Positions 56,103 through 64,000 of a DNA stretch of 64,000 nucleotides are shown here, piece by piece. The first letter of the stretch is position 1; each line of letters begins with the position of its first letter. The notes under the pieces were generated by a model. That model was not told the origin of the DNA and made no database searches. It saw only the letters and a list, made by a program, of their open reading frames with translations. Source of the DNA: Planctomycetota bacterium (GTDB lineage: Bacteria; Planctomycetota; JAMOSO01); assembly GCA_027063065.1 (NCBI GenBank), contig JAMOSO010000001.1, forward strand, positions 9,128-73,127, in the 5' to 3' direction. A program made the position numbers and the translations under genes.

Positions 56103-56872
56103 TAATAAAAGCTCCTTACAAGCGAGCCTACAATTAAGTTCCATCCATCAACTAGCACAAATAGTAAAATTTTAAAAGGAAACGATACCATTACTGGGGG
56201 CAACATCATCATACCCATGGCTAGTAGAATAGAAGCTACCACCATATCTATTACTAGAAAGGGCAAAAATATCATAAACCCCATTATAAAGGCGCGTTTT
56301 AATTCGCTTATGACAAATGCAGGTATCAACACTTCTGTTGGCACATCGGCTTTAGTTTTGATGTCTGTAACCCGTGCTATTTTAGCAAAAAGGGCAATGT
56401 CCTTTTTGCGTGTATGTTTAAACATAAAAACACGCATAGGTTTAACTGCTTCTTCTAGCATTTTAAATTGTCCGCCTTGACCGGCAAATTCGCCACGCAG
56501 ATAGGGCTGTATGGCGTTTTGATTCATTACTTTCCAGGTTGGCAACATAATAAGGAATGTTAAAATTAAACCCATTCCCATCAAAACTTGATTGGGTGGC
56601 ATTTCGTTGGTAGATAACGCTCGGCGTACAAAAGACAATACAATCACTATGCGTAAAAATCCTGTAGTCATTAACAATATGGAAGGTGCTAAAGTTAGGA
56701 TGGTTAATAATACGATTACCTCTAGCGTATTGGCAACATCTCCGGGCTTGGTGGCTGGTTGGACAAAATTAAAAGTAGGGATAAAACTGGCGTCTTGCGC
56801 CATAACGGTGGCAGTCCCAACGATAAACGCAATCAATGTAAATATGAGTAATTTTATGCGAGATATCTTCAT
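56102..56872 (-). CDS. fliP: Flagellar export apparatus protein FliP
   Basis: 256 aa. Signal-like N-terminus and conserved FliP blocks (SFVRRALSTNEMPPNQVL, AFVISELKRAFIMGFMIFLPFLVIDMVVASILLAMGMMMLPP). Confidence 0.95.
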   Translation of the reverse strand: MKISRIKLLIFTLIAFIVGTATVMAQDASFIPTFNFVQPATKPGDVANTLEVIVLLTILTLAPSILLMTTGFLRIVIVLSFVRRALSTNEMPPNQVLMGMGLILTFLIMLPTWKVMNQNAIQPYLRGEFAGQGGQFKMLEEAVKPMRVFMFKHTRKKDIALFAKIARVTDIKTKADVPTEVLIPAFVISELKRAFIMGFMIFLPFLVIDMVVASILLAMGMMMLPPVMVSFPFKILLFVLVDGWNLIVGSLVRSFY

Positions 56873-56987
56873 GAGAACAAAGGCTCCATTTTAAATTTAA
56901 ATTTTAATTGCGCAACGAGCCCCCTCGTTATAAACTCAACTTTAATAGGCAACCTATTTTGTTTATTTTTAAACAAAATATATGATA

Positions 56988-57015
56988 TTTATAGCAAATC
57001 AAAGGGGGTTGTCAA
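56988..57015 (-). promoter_or_regulatory. Sigma70-type promoter candidate for the fliP operon
   Basis: Read on the minus strand: TTGACA (57015-57010), 16-nt spacer, TATAAA (56993-56988). It lies about 115 nt upstream of the fliP ATG. The leader contains a small hairpin, aacgag-gggg-ctcgtt. Confidence 0.45.
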
Positions 57016-57123
57016 AAGTGTTTTTGGGTAAAAATTATTATCTACTAAATGTGTGTAAAAATCCAGCAATAAACACTACATCTTGTGCTTGACAACATGT
57101 GCCCTTTTTTTGTAACTTTTTAC

Positions 57124-57151
57124 TAAATAATAACTTAGGAAATGCCGATTA
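57124..57151 (+). promoter_or_regulatory. Sigma-28 (FliA)-type promoter candidate upstream of the LysM gene
   Basis: TAAA (57124-57127), 16-nt spacer, GCCGATTA (57144-57151). The consensus is TAAA-N15-GCCGATAA. Confidence 0.4.
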
Positions 57152-57215
57152 ATATAATAATCTCAAGGTGCAAGGCAAAAGTGTTTTGGGGTCGTATAAG
57201 GAACAAATACTCATA

Positions 57216-57992
57216 ATGGAAGAGTCTACAAACTGGTTGACGGAGCATTTCTCTGCGGTTCTTGGCGTTGCAACTTTAAGTGCTGTAATTATTGGCGTAT
57301 TGGGTTCAGCTAAATTAGATCCTAAAGCTGATGTGGCATCAAAAGACGCGATTACTATTGATATTTTTGCAAAAGAACAACCTCGTGTTGTGCGTAATAT
57401 ACCAAGAGTTCCAAATGTTGGATGTAAGACTTTTAGAGTTGAGCCTCTTATAAGCAATACCGATGATATAGAAATAGCTTTGACTCCTGTTAAGCAAACC
57501 AAATTGGTAAAAAATAAAATTTCTACTATAGATATGGTAGTTGATGTGCAGGCGCAACCTAAGCAGGCTAGAGCTATTAGAAGATATAAAGTGCGTCCCG
57601 GAGATACTTTGACTAAAATTTCGCGCAAAGTTTATGGTAGTACCCGTTATTGGAAGCGTATTGCCGAGGCTAATTTAAGTAAAATCGGCAATTATCATCG
57701 GCTTAAAATAGGTCAAGTATTAATTATACCATCTAAAAATCGTGTCAGTTATGCCAAGCCTCCACAGTTGTTAGCTTTTGGCGTACATGATGAGACGAAC
57801 AATAAGTCTAAACAGTTAAATAAATTAACTTCTGCACAGTCACAACGTACGTATACGGTACAAAAAAATGATACGTGGTGGACAATAGCAGGTAAACTTT
57901 TAGGCGACCCTACCAAATGGAAAGCACTTAAAAAAGCTAATACATCAGTGAGGGGACGAGTTTTAAATATAGGCACAACTTTACAATATTAA
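57216..57992 (+). CDS. Membrane-anchored protein with two C-terminal LysM peptidoglycan-binding domains
   Basis: The ORF track starts at GTG 57168. The ATG at 57216 follows a taaggaac SD. TM helix HFSAVLGVATLSAVIIGVLG. LysM 1 is YKVRPGDTLTKISRKVYG...IGQVLIIP. LysM 2 is YTVQKNDTWWTIAGKLLG...IGTTLQY. Confidence 0.75.
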   Translation: MEESTNWLTEHFSAVLGVATLSAVIIGVLGSAKLDPKADVASKDAITIDIFAKEQPRVVRNIPRVPNVGCKTFRVEPLISNTDDIEIALTPVKQTKLVKNKISTIDMVVDVQAQPKQARAIRRYKVRPGDTLTKISRKVYGSTRYWKRIAEANLSKIGNYHRLKIGQVLIIPSKNRVSYAKPPQLLAFGVHDETNNKSKQLNKLTSAQSQRTYTVQKNDTWWTIAGKLLGDPTKWKALKKANTSVRGRVLNIGTTLQY

Positions 57993-58017
57993 TTTATAAC
58001 TTTAAAATTTAGAGATT

Positions 58018-58767
58018 ATGATTACTAAAATAGATGTTGATTCGGAAGAATTTCAAAAAGAAAAAACTAACACAGAAGCTTTTGTGAAACGTGTTCAAGA
58101 TAAAAATGGTTGGGTTTCACATCCTGATGACAAAGTTAATGAATCTGTGATAGTTGGTTTAACTCGTAATAAAATTATGTATGGTCTTAGGTATTGCCCT
58201 TGTTTTATGGTCGAAGGGCAAACTAAAGAAGAGCGCAAATTAGCTAATAATCGTATTTGTCCATGTAAGCCCGCCCTAGAGTATGAGATTGCTAACGATG
58301 GCAGGTGTCATTGTGGGATTTATTGTCAGCCCAATTTTGCTAAAGCTTTAAAGTTAGAAGATGAGGCAGAGGTGGTTGCGCATACCCATTCCCGAGGTTT
58401 GTCCAAACAAGAGTGTCAGGCCTTATTAAACGAGGTTAATATAGACAGTGATAATTTAGAGGCGTTGCTAGAGGCGCGTTCAATCGGTTTTGTTGATTTT
58501 AATTTAGTTGATGTACGCGAATGGAACGAATGGGTTGCAGAAAGAATTGCAGGTACTGATTATTTAATGCCAACAACATCTTTTTATGAAGTTATTAATG
58601 ATTTAGATACTCAAAAAGATAAACCTGTAATTGTATATTGTTTTTCTGGTAGTCGTAGTAGGTATTGTCAACGTATTATGAAAGACTTGGGTTTTAAACA
58701 GGTGGTTAATTTACGCCGAGGCATCATGTCTTGGCATGGAGCAAAGGAATCGGGCTCTAATTCATAA
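58018..58767 (+). CDS. Ferredoxin:thioredoxin reductase catalytic-subunit-like domain fused to a rhodanese domain
   Basis: 249 aa. N-terminal CPC...CPC...CHC cysteine arrangement (YCPCFMVEG, ICPCKP, RCHCGIYC). C-terminal rhodanese with active-site loop VYCFSGSRSR. Confidence 0.7.
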   Translation: MITKIDVDSEEFQKEKTNTEAFVKRVQDKNGWVSHPDDKVNESVIVGLTRNKIMYGLRYCPCFMVEGQTKEERKLANNRICPCKPALEYEIANDGRCHCGIYCQPNFAKALKLEDEAEVVAHTHSRGLSKQECQALLNEVNIDSDNLEALLEARSIGFVDFNLVDVREWNEWVAERIAGTDYLMPTTSFYEVINDLDTQKDKPVIVYCFSGSRSRYCQRIMKDLGFKQVVNLRRGIMSWHGAKESGSNS

Positions 58768-58814
58768 TAGTATTATTAAAACTATTTTAAATTTCGTATT
58801 TATACTATGTTAAT

Positions 58815-59726
58815 ATGTATGATATTGTAGTTTTAGTTATTGCTTTTATTTGTGATTTAATATGGTCAGATTCTCAACGGTTGCCTCATATTGTTAATTT
58901 ACTTGGCAATTTACTTACATTTTTTGAATCTAAATTATATGCTCCCAAGAAAGTTAATGGTTTTTTATTAGTTATTATTTTAACTGGTTTAGTGTATGTT
59001 GTTACATATATTGTTTTAAATAATATTAATGTGTATTTAAAAATTATTATAGGTTCGTTTATTGCTTTTCAAGTTTTAGCTGGTACAACATTATTAAAAA
59101 TAGGCTTACAAATTTTTGATTTATTAGAAGGCAATCAACTAATAAAAGCGCGCGAGCAATTGCGTTGGTTAGTTGGCAGAGATACAAATAAGTTAGATGA
59201 GCAACAAATTAAACAAGCAACTTTAGAATCTATGGCAGAAAACCTATCTGATGGTATGATTGCGCCGTTGTTTTATTTGATTATCGGTGGTGTGCCAGCA
59301 ATGTTGTGTTATAAGATGATTAACACCTTGGATTCAAGAATAGGCTATAAAAATGATAAATATTTAAACTTTGGATATGCAGCAGCTAAATTAGACGATA
59401 TTGCCAATCTTATACCAGCTAGAATTACTGCTGTATTGATGGCGTTAACAGCGAGGTCATTGCTAGCCTTTAAATTTATAGTTCGATATGCTAGTGCACA
59501 TACTAGCCCTAATGCAGGATATCCAGAGTCAGCTTTAGCGGGTATATTAAATTGTCGTTTTGGTGGATCACATATATATTTTGGTAATATTGTTGAGAAA
59601 CCATATATTGGCAATAATCCGCGTTTGTTAAATTATCGAGATTTACAAGTTACTATTAAAATCAGTCGATATGTTAGCGTTATATTTGTATTGCTTGGAA
59701 TAATTTATTTAATGTATTTAAACTAA
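58815..59726 (+). CDS. cbiB: Adenosylcobinamide-phosphate synthase CbiB/CobD
   Basis: 303 aa polytopic protein. Conserved blocks AENLSDGMIAPLFY, LDSRIGYKN, AAKLDDIANLIPAR, SPNAGYPESA. Confidence 0.8.
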   Translation: MYDIVVLVIAFICDLIWSDSQRLPHIVNLLGNLLTFFESKLYAPKKVNGFLLVIILTGLVYVVTYIVLNNINVYLKIIIGSFIAFQVLAGTTLLKIGLQIFDLLEGNQLIKAREQLRWLVGRDTNKLDEQQIKQATLESMAENLSDGMIAPLFYLIIGGVPAMLCYKMINTLDSRIGYKNDKYLNFGYAAAKLDDIANLIPARITAVLMALTARSLLAFKFIVRYASAHTSPNAGYPESALAGILNCRFGGSHIYFGNIVEKPYIGNNPRLLNYRDLQVTIKISRYVSVIFVLLGIIYLMYLN

Positions 59727-59868
59727 ATTATGTTTTAGGCACTGAATTAAGACTATAATTTAATTGTTATTCTGATAGTTTAAAACAATACATCTGTTAA
59801 ACAGTAAATCTTTGCAAGGCAAGATTGCAGTATTGAATACTATTAAAAATTATTATAAGTGAGATAAT

Positions 59869-60582
59869 ATGCATTCTATTAATACAATAACTTTACCCCA
59901 TTTAGCATTGGCATTTGTGCCAGTTTTATTTGTGTTAATAATATTATGGCATTGGGGTATTATGTGTAAAAGCTATTTGTATGGCTTATTGCGGATGTTA
60001 TCTCAGTTATTATTGATAGGTTATGTTTTGGTTTTTATTTTTAAGTCTGAAAACGCTTTAATAATAGTTGGGGTTTTGTCGGTGATGTTATTGTCGTCTA
60101 GCTGGATAGCGTTGCGCAGTGTCAATTTGTCCCGCAAAATTTTGTATCCTAAAGCTTTATTGGCTATTTCTATTACAGGTGTTTTGATTTTATGGCTTAT
60201 TACACAAGGGGTCTTACAGGTAAGTCCTTGGTATTTACCTAGCGTGTTTATCCCTTTAGCGGGCATGATATTTGCCACAGCAATGAATAGTATCAGCCTG
60301 TCTGTAGAACGGCTAGAAGCAGAAATTAACCGTGGTGTTGCTTATGAAAAGGCTAGATTGATAGCAATTAAGGCATCTTTAATTCCTATTGTTAATTCAT
60401 TATTTGCAGTAGGATTGGTTTCTTTGCCGGGTATGATGACGGGGCAAATTTTATCTGGTGTTTCACCATTTATTGCCGCTAGATACCAAATAATGGTTAT
60501 GTGTATGGTGTTTGCTTCGTCTGGATTGTCGGCACTTATATTTTTGACATTAGTTAAATGTCATTTTAAATTACAAAAATAA
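59869..60582 (+). CDS. fetB: UPF0014/FetB-type ABC transporter permease (putative iron export)
   Basis: 237 aa, polytopic, with LPGMMTGQILSGVSPFIAARYQIMVM typical of FetB/YbbM. No partner ATPase gene is adjacent. Confidence 0.7.
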   Translation: MHSINTITLPHLALAFVPVLFVLIILWHWGIMCKSYLYGLLRMLSQLLLIGYVLVFIFKSENALIIVGVLSVMLLSSSWIALRSVNLSRKILYPKALLAISITGVLILWLITQGVLQVSPWYLPSVFIPLAGMIFATAMNSISLSVERLEAEINRGVAYEKARLIAIKASLIPIVNSLFAVGLVSLPGMMTGQILSGVSPFIAARYQIMVMCMVFASSGLSALIFLTLVKCHFKLQK

Positions 60583-60584
60583 GT

Positions 60585-61592
60585 TTAGTTAGAGTTTAAT
60601 TTGTCTAATGCAGAAAAGAATTCTGGCAAACCTTTTCTGGTTACAGAGGATATAACTACGCATTTACGATTTGTTTCTTGCGTGATACGGTTGTAACAAC
60701 TTTGTGCAAATTGGGCATCAACACATTCTGATTTAGTTAAAACTATTAGCTGTGGTTTGTTGGCAAGTGTAGCGCTAAAATTAGCCAATTCATTGTTGAT
60801 GATATGATATTGTTTAATTATTTCTTCAATATCGTATGGTGTTAAATCTATCAGATGAGCTAAAACCTTAGTGCGTTCAATATGCTTTAAAAAGCCTGTA
60901 CCCATACCACGTCCAGTTGATGCACCTTCAATTAGTCCAGGTATATCGGCAAGCAATATGGTGTGTCCAGGGGCTAATTCTGCCATACCAAGATGGGGGT
61001 GTAGTGTTGTAAATGGGTAGGCGGCAGTTTTAGGATTGGCGTTTGTTACTGTAGACAATAAAGTTGATTTGCCTGCATTTGGAAACCCAACTAAACCGAC
61101 ATCAGCAATTAGTTTGACCTCTAAATGTATTCGTTTGGTAGCTCCATGAGTACCTTTGGTGGTTTCTGTAGGTACTTGGTTGGTAGAAGATACAAAATGT
61201 AGATTGCCTAATCCGCCTTTACCACCTTTGGCGGCAATACACTGCATTCCATCTTTGTCTAAATCCATCCAAATGCGTTTAGTTTCTGCATCACGGACGA
61301 TTGTACCAATAGGTACTTCTACATATAGTTTTTTTCCACTTGCGCCTTGTTTTCGATGTGGACCACCAATTTGTGCATTTTCAGCTCTGTATACGTGTTG
61401 TTTGGTAATTTCAAATAGAGAACGGATATTCTCACGGGCAACTATTATGACGCTTCCGCCATCACCACCGTTGCCACCGTCAGGCCCGCCTTTGGCACGA
61501 TTTTTAGCTTGTGCAAAGCTTAAGCGACCATTGCCACCAGCTCCTCCTATTGCAGTAAATTCAACCTCATCAACAAAAGAAGTGGTGGCCAT
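60585..61592 (-). CDS. obg: GTPase Obg/CgtA
   Basis: 335 aa. Gly-rich Obg fold (GGAGGNG, GGPDGGNGGDGGSV), G1 GFPNAGKST, G3 DIPGLIEGA. Confidence 0.92.
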   Translation of the reverse strand: MATTSFVDEVEFTAIGGAGGNGRLSFAQAKNRAKGGPDGGNGGDGGSVIIVARENIRSLFEITKQHVYRAENAQIGGPHRKQGASGKKLYVEVPIGTIVRDAETKRIWMDLDKDGMQCIAAKGGKGGLGNLHFVSSTNQVPTETTKGTHGATKRIHLEVKLIADVGLVGFPNAGKSTLLSTVTNANPKTAAYPFTTLHPHLGMAELAPGHTILLADIPGLIEGASTGRGMGTGFLKHIERTKVLAHLIDLTPYDIEEIIKQYHIINNELANFSATLANKPQLIVLTKSECVDAQFAQSCYNRITQETNRKCVVISSVTRKGLPEFFSALDKLNSN

Positions 61593-61611
61593 GGTTTCTT
61601 TTTTGTAACTA

Positions 61612-61854
61612 CTATGCAGTAATTACAGCAACGCGACGACGACTTTGGAACTCAACCGTACCTTCTGCAGTTGCATATAGGGTATAGTCTTTGCCCATGC
61701 CAACGTTTTTGCCAGGGTGAAATTTAGTTCCACATTGGCGAACGATAGTAGTGCCGGGGGTTACTTTCTGACCACCGAAGCGCTTGACGCCACGGTACTG
61801 AGCGTTTGAATCACGACCGTTACTGGTGGATCCCTGTCCTGCTTTATGAGCCAT
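61612..61854 (-). CDS. rpmA: 50S ribosomal protein L27
   Basis: 80 aa. [29 protein letters not shown] is the L27 signature. Confidence 0.95.
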   Translation of the reverse strand: MAHKAGQGSTSNGRDSNAQYRGVKRFGGQKVTPGTTIVRQCGTKFHPGKNVGMGKDYTLYATAEGTVEFQSRRRVAVITA

Positions 61855-61882
61855 AGGTATTCCTTATTAAAATATATGTTGA

Positions 61883-62197
61883 TTAAGCTTGAATAGACTT
61901 AATTTTAATTTGAGTAAATTGGGTACGATGACCTATCTTCTTTTTGTAACCTTTACGCTTTTTAAATTTAAAAGAGTAAATTTTGTTTCCTTTTGTTTCG
62001 CCTAAGCATTCAGCTTCAACTTTGGCATTTTCAACGAAAGGTGCACCGATAGAGGCATCACCATCTTTGTCAACTAGCATAATTTGATCAAAACTAATTG
62101 ACTCGCCAACAGAGGCGTTTTTCATTTTGTCAACGCAAATCACATCACCTTCGGCGACTTTAATTTGGTTGCCACGATCATTAATAATGGCGTACAT
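61883..62197 (-). CDS. rplU: 50S ribosomal protein L21
   Basis: The ATG at 62197 (MYAIINDRGNQIKV) lies 7 nt after an aggaga SD. The KRKGYKKKIGHRTQFT motif is present. The ORF track begins 3 nt earlier at a GTG. Confidence 0.92.
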   Translation of the reverse strand: MYAIINDRGNQIKVAEGDVICVDKMKNASVGESISFDQIMLVDKDGDASIGAPFVENAKVEAECLGETKGNKIYSFKFKKRKGYKKKIGHRTQFTQIKIKSIQA

Positions 62198-62217
62198 CAC
62201 TGTTTCTCCTGTATTTA

Positions 62218-62258
62218 AATAAAATCCACCCCGTCAAGGCCAGTGAGTGCCCGGGGGT
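62218..62258 (-). terminator. GC-rich stem-loop plus U-tract between RNase E/G and rplU (terminator or attenuator)
   Basis: The minus strand reads CCCCG-GGC-ACTCACTG-GCC-TTGA-CGGGG, then TGGATTTTATTT. This is the only GC-rich patch in the spacer, and it ends about 20 nt before the rplU SD. Confidence 0.45.
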
Positions 62259-62264
62259 AAAGGG

Positions 62265-64000
62265 TTAAAGACTATAATGTTTAATTTCGAATTCGTCCAG
62301 CTTTTTTTGAAAATCTGTTGTTATTTCTATATGGTGCTTGGTTTTGGTCTCTAAATCTATCAATGCTTGGCGTTTAGAATTTGCAAATTCTAAGGCTCGT
62401 CCATTGGCTAGGCTGACCTCAATACGGCTAGGTTTTTTTCGATTGAGACAAATAGCTTTTAAATCGCGTAGCACTTGCGGAAACAGGCTTTGTGCGCCTT
62501 TTACTAAGCCTCTGCCATTGCAGGTAGGGCAAGTGTCATGCACGTACTTAGTTAATGAATGTCCTACGCGTTGACGAGTTATCTCCATTACACAAAACTT
62601 GCTCATCTCTAATACTCTGGTACGCGCTTTATCTTCTTTGAGCATTTCTACCATTTTGCTGTATACTCTTTTGCGGTTGGCACCTGATTGCATATCAATA
62701 AAATCCACAGCAATAATACCGCCTAAATCGCGCATTCTCATTTGTCTGGCTATTTCTTCAGCAGCTTCTAAATCGGTGTGTAAAGCTGTTTCTTCTGTAT
62801 TTTTACCATGGTGACTTTTGCCAGAGTTGACATCAACAGTCGTCATGGCTTCGGTTGGCTCTATTACTATCGAGCCACCACCTGGCAATGGTACTTCTCT
62901 TTGCAAAACGTGTTGAATTTTATCTTCTATTTTGTAGTGATGAAAAATAGGTGTGTTGCCTTTATATCGTTTAATACATTTTAAAAATTCTGGCATGGTA
63001 TTTTTTATAAATTCGCGAATATGCTTATATGTTTGTTCGTTATCAATTAAAATTTCAGTGATGTCATCTGAAACAATATCGCGTATTGTTCTGATTACAA
63101 AGTCAGATTCTTGATAAATAAGCCCAGGAGTGCGAGCTTTAGATACTTTTTTACTTAATAGGCTTTGTAATCGTTGTAAATATTCTACATCGCGTTTTAA
63201 TTCTTCTTCTGTTGCACCATCACCAGCTGTGCGAACTATAAAACTAACATCTTTGGGTAAATCTATTTCACGCAGGGTTTTTTTTAGACGTTTTCGTTCA
63301 GCATCGTCAGATATTTTACGCGATATACCGATTTTATCTTCCATAGCTACAGGCATCATGACTAAGTTGCGTCCTGGTATGCTAACTTCCATAGTGATAG
63401 TTGGGCATTTAGAAGAATATTTATCTTTTAATAATTGCACTAAAATAAATTGATTAATTAACGGTATATCACCCTCTATTTTGCCTTTAATAAAATTTGG
63501 ATTAACTTTATTGTTTAGAACAACATTTTTTTCATGTAAAAATCCTGTTTGTCCATCACCTAAATCTACAAAAGCAGCTTGTAAACCTTTTTCAATATGA
63601 TTGATACGTCCTAAAACAATATCTCCACGATGTAGGCCTTCGCTTTCTTTATCCCAAAATAAATTAATTAAATTTTCACCTTCAGCTAGTGCTATGCGTG
63701 TTTCTTGTGGATCTGTAGCATTAACCACCATGCGTTGCGGAGTTTTTTTAATTGTTTTATTTTGCGTTAGTTTTTTAGGTGTTTTTTTATCAGTTTCTTT
63801 TTTAGTTTTATCGATATTTGTTGGGCAAATTTCTGCATCTCTTACAGTGTTTTTGCTGTCGTTAACATTTTTTTTATGTCGTTTACCTCCGCGTGTACCA
63901 CGTTTACGTTTGTTTTTATCAGTTTTGTTATCGTCTTCTACATTATCGTTGATGATTTCTGTATTTGCCTGTGAAGCGTCTATTGGCTTAATAGGCAATA
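62265..64000 (-). CDS. rng: Ribonuclease E/G family protein, N-terminus possibly beyond window edge
   Basis: More than 577 aa. Lys-rich N-terminal extension, S1 domain (GDIVLGRINHIEKGLQAAFVDLG), and catalytic core blocks (TTVDVNSGK, GGIIAVDFIDM, CPTCNGRG zinc link). The apparent start at 63998 is a TTG at the window edge. Confidence 0.85.
   Translation of the reverse strand, partial: LPIKPIDASQANTEIINDNVEDDNKTDKNKRKRGTRGGKRHKKNVNDSKNTVRDAEICPTNIDKTKKETDKKTPKKLTQNKTIKKTPQRMVVNATDPQETRIALAEGENLINLFWDKESEGLHRGDIVLGRINHIEKGLQAAFVDLGDGQTGFLHEKNVVLNNKVNPNFIKGKIEGDIPLINQFILVQLLKDKYSSKCPTITMEVSIPGRNLVMMPVAMEDKIGISRKISDDAERKRLKKTLREIDLPKDVSFIVRTAGDGATEEELKRDVEYLQRLQSLLSKKVSKARTPGLIYQESDFVIRTIRDIVSDDITEILIDNEQTYKHIREFIKNTMPEFLKCIKRYKGNTPIFHHYKIEDKIQHVLQREVPLPGGGSIVIEPTEAMTTVDVNSGKSHHGKNTEETALHTDLEAAEEIARQMRMRDLGGIIAVDFIDMQSGANRKRVYSKMVEMLKEDKARTRVLEMSKFCVMEITRQRVGHSLTKYVHDTCPTCNGRGLVKGAQSLFPQVLRDLKAICLNRKKPSRIEVSLANGRALEFANSKRQALIDLETKTKHHIEITTDFQKKLDEFEIKHYSL

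Noticed and set aside
57090-57110. GGCAC element on the minus strand upstream of fliP, a possible sigma-54 promoter
   Set aside because: The minus strand reads GGCACATGTTGTC. The TTG(C) element is displaced by 2 nt relative to the GG-N10-GC spacing and lacks the GC dinucleotide, so it is not a credible -24/-12 promoter. A sigma70-like TTGACA-N16-TATAAA closer to fliP fits better.
57149-57628. 159-aa minus-strand ORF opposite the LysM gene
   Set aside because: The + strand frame gives a TM anchor plus two clean LysM domains and has an SD. The minus-strand frame has no motif and would overlap the putative promoters.
61156-61608. 150-aa + strand ORF, Pro-rich
   Set aside because: It is antisense to the Gly-rich Obg fold; GGN Gly codons read as NCC Pro on the opposite strand. 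It is an artefact.

Overview
AT-rich bacterial chromosomal window, tightly packed, with about 60 supportable protein genes. I found no rRNA, tRNA, CRISPR array, transposase or integrase. Two pseudopilins with FTLIELLVVISIIAILASMLLPSL-type N-termini suggest a PVC-superphylum-like organism (inference only).

Gene content, left to right:
- 1-4.2 kb: a compact minus-strand operon (manA, hypothetical, MORN lipoprotein, rhomboid, REC-GGDEF, rsmG), then rpmH, which is missing from the ORF track.
- 5.1-18.7 kb: a CBS-histidine kinase/response regulator pair fused into an operon with hisC and trpB, then comEC, alr, aminotransferases, gap, bioA and fabH.
- 18.8-25.7 kb: a GT-C-like membrane protein, a Wzy_C-TPR protein, two tandem pseudopilins and comM.
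- 25.7-31 kb: a 388-bp ORF-free spacer, a 612-aa RepA/TrfA-like protein, orphan neuC-like gene, glutamine amidotransferase (GATase) and an SPFH protein.
- 30.9-38.8 kb: a canonical parS core bracketed by two identical 16-bp palindromes, then parA-parB translationally coupled to a Yej-type peptide ABC importer.
- 39.2-48.2 kb: a glycan-assembly cluster.
- 48.2-56.9 kb: flagellar export and regulation genes fliPQR-flhBA-flhFG-fliA.
- 57.2-64 kb: a LysM protein, an FTRc-rhodanese fusion, cbiB, fetB, obg-rpmA-rplU and RNase E/G (cut by the window edge).

Main lead: hand-sampled G/C strand composition flips from C-rich to G-rich at about 25.7-28 kb, the direction expected at a replication origin. 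The flip coincides with the ORF-free spacer and the plasmid-type initiator-like gene. parS/parAB, rsmG and rpmH are nearby, and no dnaA or dnaN lies in the window. This suggests a chromosomal origin region that may use a non-DnaA initiator. It rests on a few sampled lines and remembered family patterns, so it needs computation to confirm.
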